A DNA stretch of 64,000 bases from Nitrospirota bacterium (lineage in GTDB: Bacteria > Nitrospirota > UBA9217): NCBI GenBank assembly GCA_963751455.1, contig CAVVUN010000015.1:256001-320000 (forward strand), given 5' to 3'. This document shows positions 41,656-51,631 of the stretch, one piece after another. Within the stretch, counting starts at the first letter, position 1. Each line of letters begins with the position of its first letter. The notes below the pieces were generated by a model. It was not told the DNA's origin, searched no databases, and worked only from the letters and a program-made list of their open reading frames with translations. A program made the translations under genes and the position numbers.

Positions 41656-42246
41656 TTATATCTTGCCTTTCGTCGAGAGCACGCCCTTGATCCTGGGGTC
41701 CATGCTGGTCGCCTGGTCCAACGCTCGGCCGAAGGCCTTAAACACAGCTTCGAGCATGTGGTGCACGTCGCGGCCGTAATGCACCTTGATATGGAGATTC
41801 ATCCCGGCGTGATTCGCCACAGACTGGAAAAAGTCTTCGGCAAGGCCCGGATCGAACTCCTTCAACTTGTACTTCTTAGGCAGTTCCACCTGATATGCGA
41901 GGTATGGCCTGCCGGACAGGTCCATCACCACCTGGGCAAGGGTCTCGTCCATCGGTACTGTCACGTCCCCGTATCTGCGTATCCCCTTGCTGTCTCCGAG
42001 CGCCTTTTTCAACGCCTGGCCGAACGCAATACCCAGGTCTTCGACGGTATGATGGTCGTCGATATCGGTGTCGCCCTTTGCCTTGAGTGTCAGGTCGAAG
42101 AAGCCGTGCTTTGCAATATGCGAGAACATATGGTCCATGAAGGGCACCGACGTTTTTATGCTGTACACGCCGGTACCGTCGAGGTTCAGGGACATTTTGA
42201 TGTCAGTTTCTTTGGTCTTGCGTTCTATGATCGCTTTTCTCGGCAT
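41656..42246 (-). CDS. hisB: Imidazoleglycerol-phosphate dehydratase
   Basis: [23 protein letters not shown]. Confidence 0.97.
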   Translation of the reverse strand: MPRKAIIERKTKETDIKMSLNLDGTGVYSIKTSVPFMDHMFSHIAKHGFFDLTLKAKGDTDIDDHHTVEDLGIAFGQALKKALGDSKGIRRYGDVTVPMDETLAQVVMDLSGRPYLAYQVELPKKYKLKEFDPGLAEDFFQSVANHAGMNLHIKVHYGRDVHHMLEAVFKAFGRALDQATSMDPRIKGVLSTKGKI

Positions 42247-42261
42247 GGAAGTCCTCTTTTA

Positions 42262-42345
42262 TGAACCTCAGATAAACGGACGAACACTAAGAAGAAAGAA
42301 ACACAAATTCTTTATCTGTGTCTATCCGTGTTAATCCGTGGTTAA
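42262..42345. repeat. Periodic hairpin element, 9-mer type, overlapping the hisC stop
   Basis: atctgtgtctatccgtgttaatccgtggttaa; supplies LTTD* of HisC. Confidence 0.7.
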
Positions 42346-43413
42346 AATGATCTTCAGCGCTTTCAGAAACTCCCTGTTTTCCTGAGGCGTTCCGATTGTC
42401 ACCCTCAGGCAATTTTTAAGCGGTCCGGGCTTGTTCAGGTTCTTCACCAGGATGCCGGACTGCTTCAACTTGGCGTGAACCGCTGAAGCATCGATTGCCG
42501 TCCTCATCAAAATGAAGTTCGTTTCAGAAGGATAGGGAATGAGTCCCCTAATGTTCAAAAGCTGATTATAGAGCTTTTCGCGCTCTGAAATCAATACGGA
42601 AATCTGATCGTTAATAATCTTCTTATTTCTTAACGCTGTCACGGCGACAGCCTGGGAAAGGCTGTTTATGTTGTACGGCAGACGGATTTTGTTCAGTTCG
42701 TTCACGATTTCAGAGGATGCGGTCAACACTCCGACACGCAGCCCTGCGAAACCGATCTTCGAGAGGGTCCTCAGAACGATCATGTTCGGGTATTTCTTTA
42801 ATTGAGGCAGCCAGGATCTGCCGGAGAAACTATAATAAGCCTCATCGATTACGACCGCAGCTTCTGCCCGCTCCAGGATCTTCCGAACTTGAGCATCGGA
42901 GAACCGGTTTCCGGTTGGATTGTTCGGAGATGCAAGAAAAATAACACGCGCTTTTATCTGTTTTGCTTTTTTTATCACGAGTTCTGCATCGATATCAAAG
43001 CGGCTATCGAGCGGAACTGTGGTCACCTCCTGCCCGAGCGCGCGGGAAGTGATATCGTACATAGCGAAAGTGGGGACCGGAACAAGGACCGGACCCCCGA
43101 ACGCCAGGATGATCGCCTGGATCAGTTCATCGGAGCCGTTACCCAGCATCATCTGCTCGGGCTTCATCTTCCAAAGGTTCGCGATCGCTTTTTTCAGTTC
43201 TTTACCGGAAGTATCCGGATACAGATTGATGGAGGATTTCCGGACAACGGCAGCAACGTCCCGCCGAACAGATTCAGGAAGCGGAAAAGGGTTCTCCATT
43301 GCGTCGAGCTTGATCCGGACCGGCGTTTCGTCCACGTGGTATGCAGCAAGCTTACGCACCTGAGGCCGGATGAGGCTCACGATATTCGTTCTTTTTGTCG
43401 ATTTTGTTCTCAT
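42331..43413 (-). CDS. hisC: Histidinol-phosphate aminotransferase
   Basis: GNGSDE, SPNNPTG, DEAY, RTLSK.G.AGLR. Confidence 0.95.
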   Translation of the reverse strand: MRTKSTKRTNIVSLIRPQVRKLAAYHVDETPVRIKLDAMENPFPLPESVRRDVAAVVRKSSINLYPDTSGKELKKAIANLWKMKPEQMMLGNGSDELIQAIILAFGGPVLVPVPTFAMYDITSRALGQEVTTVPLDSRFDIDAELVIKKAKQIKARVIFLASPNNPTGNRFSDAQVRKILERAEAAVVIDEAYYSFSGRSWLPQLKKYPNMIVLRTLSKIGFAGLRVGVLTASSEIVNELNKIRLPYNINSLSQAVAVTALRNKKIINDQISVLISEREKLYNQLLNIRGLIPYPSETNFILMRTAIDASAVHAKLKQSGILVKNLNKPGPLKNCLRVTIGTPQENREFLKALKIILTTD

Positions 43414-43783
43414 TTTCGGATACACTATACAGCAAAAGAAAAAAGGGCTCAAGGACAAAAATGAAAAAATTGCGCAAAAAGCAGTCTAGGAGCTCGAAAA
43501 TTTTGGCTAAAGAAAACGTAAGGAGTGTTCATGGCATGCTATCAACAGAAGCCGCTGTTTCAGAGGAACTTATACAAGAGCGGAAGAGAGATAAACATCA
43601 AGAGGGGATGAAGCTTAAGAAACGGAGCGTAGAGAAGAAAAGAATATGACTATCTCCGTTTGCTTATATATCGGGTTACTAATCATGGTTGCGAGAAAAG
43701 AAAGAACAGATTGTTTTTGACCTTGACAAAACAGATTTCAGTGTTGTAGTATTATTACAACAGCACTGAAGGAGGTGGTGTAT

Positions 43784-44158
43784 ATGCCGAGCAAGCGTAC
43801 TTTCGGCGATTTTTTTAAAGAAAAAAGAACCAGCCTCAAAAAGACCCTTCGCCAATTCTGCGCGGAAAACAAGCTCGACCCCGGCAATATCAGCAAGCTC
43901 GAACGGGGGCTTATGCCGCCGCCACAAGGAAGCGATAAGCTGGAAGAATACGCCCGTTATCTCCATATCAAAAAAGGCACTGACGACTGGTACCAGTTTT
44001 TTGACCTGGCCCATATCGAGGCCGGCCGCATACCACAGGAATTGCTCAATGACGCAAAGGTTGCAGCACGCCTCCCCATCCTGTTCCGGACCTTGCGAGG
44101 AAAGAAGATATCCGAAAAGAAGCTCGATGAACTGGTGGAAATGATCCGCAAGGCCTAG
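43784..44158 (+). CDS. XRE-family HTH protein
   Basis: FGDFFKEKR...ISKLERG; strong SD GGAGG. Confidence 0.85.
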   Translation: MPSKRTFGDFFKEKRTSLKKTLRQFCAENKLDPGNISKLERGLMPPPQGSDKLEEYARYLHIKKGTDDWYQFFDLAHIEAGRIPQELLNDAKVAARLPILFRTLRGKKISEKKLDELVEMIRKA

Positions 44159-44364
44159 CCGATGCCAAGGTCCCCGTCCACAGCTCTGAGGATTTGGGAA
44201 GAAGATTACACCTGAAGATACTTTCTCTTTGAAATATTCTATGATATTCTCATCCTGTTAAACGGCCGGAAACTATTGCTTTCAATTCCTCATCCTCGCC
44301 GATCTCCGCAGAAATATTCCATTTTTCGCTTGCCGTCTGTTTCTTCAGTTTAAGGAAATGCATT

Positions 44365-44590
44365 ATGGCGGTTCTCGATTTTCAGTCTTTCTTTAAGCCT
44401 GCTTGATGCTGCTGTTGACGGCAAAGAGCATCCCATGAAAGAGGCGAGGGAGATCATCGCCAAACGCATGAATATCGCGGAGCAGGACTTGCGGGAATTG
44501 CTGCCGAGTGGTACACAGACGAAATTCGGCAACCGTGTTGCATGGGCAAAGAGCTATTTCGTTCAGGCAAATGTTTTTGAAACGGTGAGC
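44365..44590 (+). pseudogene. Mrr N-terminal domain fragment (frameshifted, truncated)
   Basis: MAVLDFQ..., ELLPSGTQTKFGNRVAWAKSY. Confidence 0.75.
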
Positions 44591-44731
44591 AAAGTAGCCC
44601 TTCTTGACGGGAACTGCGCAAATGGCATGAATACGGAAGAGAACGACCTCAGCATCCTCGTAGTGGGCAGCGATAAAGAGCTGGTCCTTGATTCCGTGGT
44701 CTATCTGCCTGGAATTATGGGCGAGGGCGAG

Positions 44732-45370
44732 CTAGGAGACTTTCCATTTTTTTATGGAACGCTTTGACATGCCGTCAGGGCCTTTGGGGATTATAGGAGC
44801 TGTTGGATCGTAAGCGTCGGCGTCAAACCCGATAAAGATGAACGCGGAGCGCTTCACGTTTTCAAAGTATGGTTCCAGCTCTTCATAATTTGTTACACGG
44901 TCCGTAAGATAATAAGCCAATGTCTTTACCGGCATCATAATGATTGATAAGTCCAACTCCTTGCGGTTCAACCCCAACAATAGCTTGTTAAGGGAACGAT
45001 GCGCTGAGGAAATATTTCCGGTTTCAAATTCCAAGCCTACACATTTTAGTTTATTAGAGATGTCGTGTATACATTCTTTGTATACATCGATAGGACCTCC
45101 CTTTTCTTTTTCTTCTTTCAAAACCTTAAGAGGCTTCTCTCTAAACCAACCGTATTTTCCCTCCAACATGATGTAACATGATTCTTTTAACGGCACCACG
45201 CCGTTGATATTTTTTTCGGAGTTATTGATCGTAAATTTTCGTGAACCGGTAGGCCAGGTTACCGCTTTTATCGACTTTGTAATTTCAGCATAGGCCCGCT
45301 TTAAGGCCGGGACGTCATGAATCAGTTTTTGAGCGATTTTCGTTATGTGAACTTTTTCTATTTTCATCAA
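44732..45370 (-). CDS. bamHIR: Type II restriction endonuclease, close BamHI homolog (predicted GGATCC)
   Basis: FTINN.EKN.NGVVP, KGGPIDVYKE, EFETGNISSAHRS.NKLLLGL, YLTDRVTN.EELEPYF match R.BamHI as recalled. Confidence 0.93.
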   Translation of the reverse strand: MMKIEKVHITKIAQKLIHDVPALKRAYAEITKSIKAVTWPTGSRKFTINNSEKNINGVVPLKESCYIMLEGKYGWFREKPLKVLKEEKEKGGPIDVYKECIHDISNKLKCVGLEFETGNISSAHRSLNKLLLGLNRKELDLSIIMMPVKTLAYYLTDRVTNYEELEPYFENVKRSAFIFIGFDADAYDPTAPIIPKGPDGMSKRSIKKWKVS

Positions 45371-45376
45371 ACAGCT

Positions 45377-45610
45377 CTACTTAACTCTTTTATTGAGATT
45401 CGCGAAGTCGAATAAATCCTTCGGGTTGACGTTAAGGGCTGATGCAATTTTCTGAATGTTGTCTATGGAAATGTTTCTGGTTCCGCGCTCTATATCGGAA
45501 ATGTACGTCCTATGCAGACCGCAGGTAAAAGCCAGTTCTTCTTGTGAAATTCCCCGAGCGGTTCTCACGGTGCGCACCATTTTCCCAAAAAGTTCTCGTA
45601 TGTTGCTCAA
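45377..45610 (-). CDS. bamHIC: R-M controller protein (C protein)
   Basis: SQEELAF.CGLHRTYISDIERG.RNIS; directly upstream of R. Confidence 0.88.
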   Translation of the reverse strand: MSNIRELFGKMVRTVRTARGISQEELAFTCGLHRTYISDIERGTRNISIDNIQKIASALNVNPKDLFDFANLNKRVK

Positions 45611-45673
45611 GACCGTTTATACCTGCCTTTCATTTTATTGACCTTGGAATTAGATCATGATAGAATATGTGTA

Positions 45674-45699
45674 GTTTATAAGTCTACAGACTATAAGTT
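45674..45699 (-). promoter_or_regulatory. C-box double operator
   Basis: AACTTATAGTC-TGTA-GACTTATAAAC between divergent C and M genes. Confidence 0.85.
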
Positions 45700-45715
45700 A
45701 CATGGGGTAATTCAT

Positions 45716-46963
45716 ATGAAATTACATACGGTATTCGATCTCATATTGCACAAAGCCCGGCAACTGGGGCATAGTATGCCCGAAGTTTTTGCTCACTTTC
45801 GAAAAATGGGTGTCAGACAAGAAGAGCTTCGCGTTATTCAAGAATGCGGCTTGGTTCCCGATGATGAAGCCGTACTCGCAGCGATATTGAATTACGTTGA
45901 TCTTTCGAAGCTCGAGCTTGAGTTGGCGCTGGGAAGGATACCATCGGGCTTTGAGAAAATGTATCTCGATAAAATCAAGGAAATAGCGAAGATTATCGAT
46001 TCTCCAGGCACAGGAGACCATAAATCGCGCAAATATGAGGGCAAAGCAGCGAAACCTTATTTCGAAACGAAAAGCGGCACATTATATAGAGGCAGTTGTT
46101 TGGATCTTTTCCACTTGGTTCCGGACAACAGCATCGATTGTATTTTTGCCGACCCGCCGTTTAACCTTGATAAAGAATATGATGAAGGCGTCCACGATAA
46201 CCGGTCATACAGTGAATATATCAATTGGTCTGTTTCCTGGATTGATGAATGCGTAAGAGTCCTCAAGCCGAATGCCTCGCTCTTTATCTACAACATCCCG
46301 AAATGGCACATCAATCTCGGGAGTTATTTAAATAACAAGCTTAAATTCAGTAGCTGGATAGCCGTTGACATGAAGTTCAGTCTTCCGATTCAGAACAGGC
46401 TGTATCCATCCCATTACAGCCTTTTACATTTTGTGAAGGGCGCGAAGCCTAATACGTTCAACGCTCAGAGGATTCCATTACAAACATGCCGGCACTGTGG
46501 TGGAGATATACGAGATTACGGCGGCTACAAGAATAAAATGAATCCAGACGGTGTCAATCTTTCAGATGTATGGACAGATATCTATCCGGTGAGGCATCTC
46601 AATACAAAAAATAGAAAATTCAATGAGCTGCCGGTTAAATTATTGGACCGAGTGATAACGATGAGCACTAACAAAGGCGATCTTGTTTTGGACCCATTCG
46701 GTGGGAGCGGTACGACATTTGCGGTTAGTGAACTATTGGAAAGAAAATGGATCGGTTTTGAGATTGGAAACTGCGACGTAATCAAACAGCGATTGATGCA
46801 TAAAGAATCCGATAAAAGACTTCTGCAAAAAATTTATGAAGAAAAGAATAAGCTGTTCCCTGAAAAGGTTCGTGGAATTAGGAGAAAAAATGGTTTTTGG
46901 CTGCCTGAAGATTTTGATGAAAAATCAGCACGAGAATCGCTTCAGGTTTCTTTCCTGAAATAA
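45716..46963 (+). CDS. bamHIM: N4-cytosine DNA methyltransferase, M.BamHI-like
   Basis: FADPPFN precedes LDPFGGSGTT (beta class); divergent from C-R. Confidence 0.9.
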   Translation: MKLHTVFDLILHKARQLGHSMPEVFAHFRKMGVRQEELRVIQECGLVPDDEAVLAAILNYVDLSKLELELALGRIPSGFEKMYLDKIKEIAKIIDSPGTGDHKSRKYEGKAAKPYFETKSGTLYRGSCLDLFHLVPDNSIDCIFADPPFNLDKEYDEGVHDNRSYSEYINWSVSWIDECVRVLKPNASLFIYNIPKWHINLGSYLNNKLKFSSWIAVDMKFSLPIQNRLYPSHYSLLHFVKGAKPNTFNAQRIPLQTCRHCGGDIRDYGGYKNKMNPDGVNLSDVWTDIYPVRHLNTKNRKFNELPVKLLDRVITMSTNKGDLVLDPFGGSGTTFAVSELLERKWIGFEIGNCDVIKQRLMHKESDKRLLQKIYEEKNKLFPEKVRGIRRKNGFWLPEDFDEKSARESLQVSFLK

Positions 46964-47004
46964 CCCATCACCGTAACTGCCAGACTAGGATCGGGTCAGC
47001 GTAT

Positions 47005-47190
47005 CTTTCATGGCAGACAAGCACTGACCGGTTATATCCCGATTCATTTGTAAAATGGAGGGTGGGCGGATATTGATCGTGGAGTATAAGAACAGCAAAG
47101 ACTGGGACTTGCCTGATAACGAAGAGAAGCGTAGGCATGGGCGCTCTTTGGGAAGCGCGGAGCCAGGGGAAGGGGTTATTCATCATGCCG
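47005..47190 (+). pseudogene. Type III R-M Res-like C-terminal nuclease fragment
   Basis: WQTSTDRLYPD then GRILIVEYKN. Confidence 0.5.
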
Positions 47191-47219
47191 GGAGGTGCGG
47201 TAGGCGATCCGAAAAAAAA

Positions 47220-47975
47220 ATGCGAACAACGGTGCGTGCTCTGAACAAGTCCTCTAGTGTTCTTGATCTTGCCGATTATGAAACAAAGGTCCGTTCTGCT
47301 GTTAAATTGTTCTGGGCGAGTAGAAAGGGCAGCAGCGCGTTTGGTAAATTTGATGATAATGTCGATATCCGTGAGCTGAGCAATTTGGGTTCCGGAAGCA
47401 TGAGCGGTTTTGTCGATCTGATACACGATATTGTCTTCGCTAACGGACTTAAAGATGCGGATATCAAGCTTAAGCGGCGACTTTACTCGTCTCCGAGCAA
47501 CTATTGTCTCGATAAATTTTGGGACGTCATCGTGCTGAATAAAGGACGGTTGATTGCGGCAATCAATTTGAATTCGCTTTTCGGGCCATCATATGATGAG
47601 CATTATGGAGAGAATGTCGCTACGGCCCGTGATCTCTGGACCGCCTACCGTGAAGGGGGTTTTGGAGAAAGCAAAAAACCGTTCGTCGGCTATTTGATGC
47701 TTCTTGAAGATGCACCAGCCTCACGAAGGCCGGTTATGGATTTCTCTCTGAACTTTCCTGTATTTCCCGAATTCCAAAATGCTTCCTACGCGGAGCGCTA
47801 TAATATTCTCTGCAGGAAGCTGATGGGAGAGCAGTTTTATACATCTGCGACCGTTATACTTTCTCCCCGTACGGCTTCTAAAAACGGCGAATATTCCGAG
47901 ATGAGCGAAATGACAGGGCTCAAAGCATTCATTACGACTCTGGCAGGACATGTGGCGGCAGAAGCGGCAATGTGA
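47220..47975 (+). CDS. PaeR7I/XhoI-family endonuclease homolog, probably inactive
   Basis: LDLADYE, DLWTAYREG.FG, FPVFPEF..ASY..RY; usual ExK position reads NLN. Confidence 0.8.
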   Translation: MRTTVRALNKSSSVLDLADYETKVRSAVKLFWASRKGSSAFGKFDDNVDIRELSNLGSGSMSGFVDLIHDIVFANGLKDADIKLKRRLYSSPSNYCLDKFWDVIVLNKGRLIAAINLNSLFGPSYDEHYGENVATARDLWTAYREGGFGESKKPFVGYLMLLEDAPASRRPVMDFSLNFPVFPEFQNASYAERYNILCRKLMGEQFYTSATVILSPRTASKNGEYSEMSEMTGLKAFITTLAGHVAAEAAM

Positions 47976-48054
47976 AGATAGAGCAGATGAAGGAGTGACA
48001 CCGGCATTTATCAAGTGTGCTTGTTCTGGTTTTGAGAAGAGGACAGAACACGCT

Positions 48055-48312
48055 ATGAAAAAAGACTTCAATCCCTATCTCCAGTCCGCAATCCTTGAAG
48101 TTGTCGAGAACCAGCTTGAGAACAACGACCCGCCGGAAACGAGGCAGACGTATGAACGCCTGATTCGGGAAGGTCATTCGGAAGAAGATGCGAAAAAACT
48201 AATCGGTGCTGTAGTCGCTGTGGAAATGTTCTCGATTATGAAACACCAAAAACCTTTTGATGAAACTCAGTTTATTGCAGCCCTGAACCGGCTACCCAAA
48301 ATTCCGAAGTAA
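48055..48312 (+). CDS. Conserved hypothetical protein
   Basis: ILEVVENQL..NDPPETRQTYERL motif. Confidence 0.7.
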   Translation: MKKDFNPYLQSAILEVVENQLENNDPPETRQTYERLIREGHSEEDAKKLIGAVVAVEMFSIMKHQKPFDETQFIAALNRLPKIPK

Positions 48313-48358
48313 AACTTATCTCCGCCCCATGAACTTTACAAATTCTCTTCTTGCCCGG

Positions 48359-49020
48359 TTAGTTAGCTTCCTTGCACGTCTTGACCTTCGTTAGTTTTAT
48401 GCCGAGCCGTTCGGCTATGGGTTCTATGATTTCTCTTGCCTCGTCCTGCGCTACATGAATCTCCTCCGGAAGAAATCCGGTTTTTTCCAGGCTCTCGACA
48501 AAGCTCTGAGCGAATTGGGTTGGATATCCTTCGGGCGTCGCCATGTGCGTATGAAAGACAAAACCAGATGCATGATCGACCACTAGCAGAAGCCGCGGGG
48601 AAAAGGGCCGTCCCGTCTCTTTGATCGGGATATCAGCAAAGGCATAATCAAATTCCCAGATGCCCTGTTTCTTCATATTTTGCGATTTTAATCTTTGCAG
48701 GCGGAGTTCGTCTATCTGAACGGATAAGGACTTCGGGGCCGCGTGAACAGAATTCATCCACTGATCTTTTCACCTGATCGAGTCCTCATCCTTCTCCGGT
48801 GTCCGCACCAGGTACTGACCACGTGATGGAGGATGGAGCAGTGTCCGTTGCTCCCTGAATCGAGTGCAGACTGAGGCCGCTTGCGGCAATGCCAGCGTGA
48901 AGTAATCGACATCGTCCGAATTGAAGGACCAGGGAATATAGCCAGGCCTCAAATTTCTAAAGATGGGGTAGGCATTCTTAAACTGCCTGGTGGATTCCGT
49001 GCAGCCTGTAATTTTCTGAA
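48359..49020 (-). pseudogene. Fragmented hypothetical gene
   Basis: Contiguous minus ORF pieces (FRN.RPGYIPW; WEFD...RPF.PRLLLVVD..SGF) separated by a stop. Confidence 0.5.
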
Positions 49021-49053
49021 GCCTTCCAGACCTCCGGTCCCGAGATAAAAAGG

Positions 49054-49079
49054 AAAAGGCGACCAGATGGTCGCCTTTT
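49054..49079 (-). terminator. Intrinsic terminator after hisG
   Basis: aaaaggcgacca-ga-tggtcgcctttt. Confidence 0.8.
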
Positions 49080-49083
49080 GAAG

Positions 49084-50007
49084 TTAAGGAATGACTTTGT
49101 TCAGAGGATACTCGATAATGCCGGAAGCGCCTCTCCGCTTGAGTCTCGGGATCAGGTCCCGCGCCTGCTTCTCGTCAAGCATTACTTCTAGGCTAACCCA
49201 GGCGGGATCGGTCTGGTGCGAGATAGTGGGCGAGTGCATCGCGGGCAGAATGCCGCAGATCTCTTTCAGGGCTTTCTTGGGGACATTCATCTTGAGGCCG
49301 ACCTTCTCCTCGGCTGCAAGCGCGCCCTGCAGCAGCATCGCCATATTTTCGATTTTCTTCCGCTTCCATGGATCGCTCCAGGCCTTCTTATTCGCAATCA
49401 GCCGCGTCGTGGACTCGAGCATTACCTCCACAATTCTGAGCTTGTTTGCCTTTAGTGAATTGCCGGTTTCAGTGAGCTCCACAATGGCATCCGCCAATCT
49501 GGGAGGTTTGACTTCAGTCGCGCCCCAGGAGAACTCGATTTCAGCGGTAACGCCTTTCGACTTCAGATAGCGCCTTGTGTAACCGACGAGCTCGGTTGCG
49601 ATCCGCTTGCCCTTCAGGTCTTTGATTGACTTTATTGGAGAATCCTCCGGCACAGCAACAACCCATCGAACCGGTGTCAATCCGCCTTTAGCATACCGAA
49701 GCTCGGCCACTTCGACTACATCCGCGTTCTGCTCGAGAATCCAGTCTTTGCCGGTAAGGCCGACATCGAAAATTCCGTGGTCGACATAACGCGCCATTTC
49801 CTGGGCACGTACGAGCGTACATTCTATGTCCGCATCGTCTATTGTCGGGTAGTAACTCCGGGAGCTTACCTGTACCCGGTATCCTGCCTTATCGAACAGC
49901 TTAAATGTGGACTCTTGCAGGCTTCCCTTCGGGAGGCCGAGTTTAAGCTTGGATGTTGTTGCAGTTGACGGCTTTTTCGATGGTGCTCTTTTTGCTTTTA
50001 CAGGCAT
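49084..50007 (-). CDS. hisG: ATP phosphoribosyltransferase, long form
   Basis: [25 protein letters not shown]-terminal regulatory domain. Confidence 0.96.
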   Translation of the reverse strand: MPVKAKRAPSKKPSTATTSKLKLGLPKGSLQESTFKLFDKAGYRVQVSSRSYYPTIDDADIECTLVRAQEMARYVDHGIFDVGLTGKDWILEQNADVVEVAELRYAKGGLTPVRWVVAVPEDSPIKSIKDLKGKRIATELVGYTRRYLKSKGVTAEIEFSWGATEVKPPRLADAIVELTETGNSLKANKLRIVEVMLESTTRLIANKKAWSDPWKRKKIENMAMLLQGALAAEEKVGLKMNVPKKALKEICGILPAMHSPTISHQTDPAWVSLEVMLDEKQARDLIPRLKRRGASGIIEYPLNKVIP

Positions 50008-50078
50008 GATGTCTCCTTCCGACAGCGACACAGTCTATCAGAACTCCCTGGAAAGTTCAAATCTCAAATTGACGAGAA

Positions 50079-51371
50079 CTATTTCCTCGCCATCCTGACC
50101 CTGATGGTATTTCCGTGCGCCTCAAGCCCTTCCACGTCCGCAATCTGCGTAATCGCTTCAGCCACCTTATCAAGCCCTTCCCGTGTGTAAAAAATGAGGC
50201 TTGATTTCTTCATGAAACTGTCCGTAGAGAGAGGAGAGAAGAACCGGGCTGTACCTCCGGTTGGAAGCACGTGGTTCGGTCCCGCCACATAGTCTCCCAC
50301 GGATTCAGGGGTATAATGGCCCATGAAGATGGCGCCGGCGTTCCTGATCAAGCCGAGCAGTTCGAAAGGCTTTTCCACGGCAAGCTCAAGATGCTCGGGC
50401 GCTATGGAATTGGAAACCTCAGCAGCCTGTTCCAGGGTGGCAGTGACCACGATTGCCCCGAACCGGTCGATTGCCTTGCGCGCGATCTCCTTGCGGCTGA
50501 GATTTGCCAGTTGCCGCTCTACTTCCGCATCGACTTTGTTCGCCAATTCCCGCGAGGTCGTCACAAGCATTGCGGATGCAAGTTCATCATGTTCGGCCTG
50601 GGACAAAAGGTCGGAAGCGACGAATTCAGCGTCCGCGCTGTCGTCTGCAATCACAAGGATCTCGCTCGGACCCGCTATCATGTCGATGTCCACCTGCCCG
50701 AAAACATACCGCTTGGCCGTGGCCACATAGATATTTCCAGGACCCACGATCTTGTCGACCTTGGGTATAGTCGCGGTGCCGTATGCCATGGCCGCAACAG
50801 CTTGCGCCCCGCCGATCTTGTAAATCTCGCTTACCCCCGCTATGTCTGCGGCGACGAGGATATAAGGATTCAGGCTACCGCCCGGGACCGGCGAACACAT
50901 GATGAGCTGCTCTACTCCAGCCACCCTTGCGGGTATGACATTCATAAGCACAGAGGAAGGGTAGCAGGCCTTGCCGCCCGGAACATAAATGCCGGCGCTC
51001 CTGATCGGCCGTGCCAGCTGTCCCAGGATAACGCCGTCAGCCTCCTCGCTTACCCAGGAGCTCATCTTCTGCTTCTCATGGAACGCCCGTATCTTGCCTG
51101 CCGCGAGCTTAAGTGCTTCCACTTTTCTTTTGTCTACATCGTTATATGCGTTCTTGATCTCCTCGGGTGTAACCTTTATATCCTTGAGCGTCAGTTTCAC
51201 GCGGTCGAACTTCTCGGTATACTCGAGAACTGCCGGGTCTCCCTCTTTGCGCACCCGTTCCACCACTTCCTGAACGATGGCCGCCACTTCTTCAGTCGCA
51301 GTTTCTCCCCGGTTTACAATACGCTTCAGTTCATTCAGGATGTCTTTTTCTTGCGAATCAATGATCTTCAT
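50079..51371 (-). CDS. hisD: Histidinol dehydrogenase
   Basis: YVPGG, GPGN.YV, DMIAGPSE, SQAEHD, APEHL. Confidence 0.97.
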   Translation of the reverse strand: MKIIDSQEKDILNELKRIVNRGETATEEVAAIVQEVVERVRKEGDPAVLEYTEKFDRVKLTLKDIKVTPEEIKNAYNDVDKRKVEALKLAAGKIRAFHEKQKMSSWVSEEADGVILGQLARPIRSAGIYVPGGKACYPSSVLMNVIPARVAGVEQLIMCSPVPGGSLNPYILVAADIAGVSEIYKIGGAQAVAAMAYGTATIPKVDKIVGPGNIYVATAKRYVFGQVDIDMIAGPSEILVIADDSADAEFVASDLLSQAEHDELASAMLVTTSRELANKVDAEVERQLANLSRKEIARKAIDRFGAIVVTATLEQAAEVSNSIAPEHLELAVEKPFELLGLIRNAGAIFMGHYTPESVGDYVAGPNHVLPTGGTARFFSPLSTDSFMKKSSLIFYTREGLDKVAEAITQIADVEGLEAHGNTIRVRMARK

Positions 51372-51444
51372 GGCACCTCAGTATAAAAACAAGCTTTTGT
51401 GGCGTGCTATTGCGTTTGCATTAAAGTCCGGTTTTTGAATCAAC

Positions 51445-51631
51445 CCTAACTCGGACAATTCGGAGCCACACAAAATTATGTTAGCCACGGATGAACACGG
51501 ATGACCACAGATAATTCAAAAACATAAATCAAATTCTTGTGTCACCTGTTGGGTGAAAACCTTAAATGAACTAACTCACTGATTTTGCTTTTCATCTGTG
51601 TTTATCTGTGGTTCCAACAGCCGTTTTTAGG
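51445..51631. mobile_element. Chimeric MITE-like element with 9-mer core
   Basis: Right end ttccaacagccgtttttagg matches the MITE TIR; left end cctaactcggacaattcgg resembles the 57631/60354 end; core ccacggatgaacacggatgaccacagat / atctgtgtttatctgtgg. Confidence 0.7.

Noticed and set aside
43460-43649. Small ORF resembling an AbrB antitoxin tail
   Set aside because: No DNA-binding domain or partner toxin; too weak to call.
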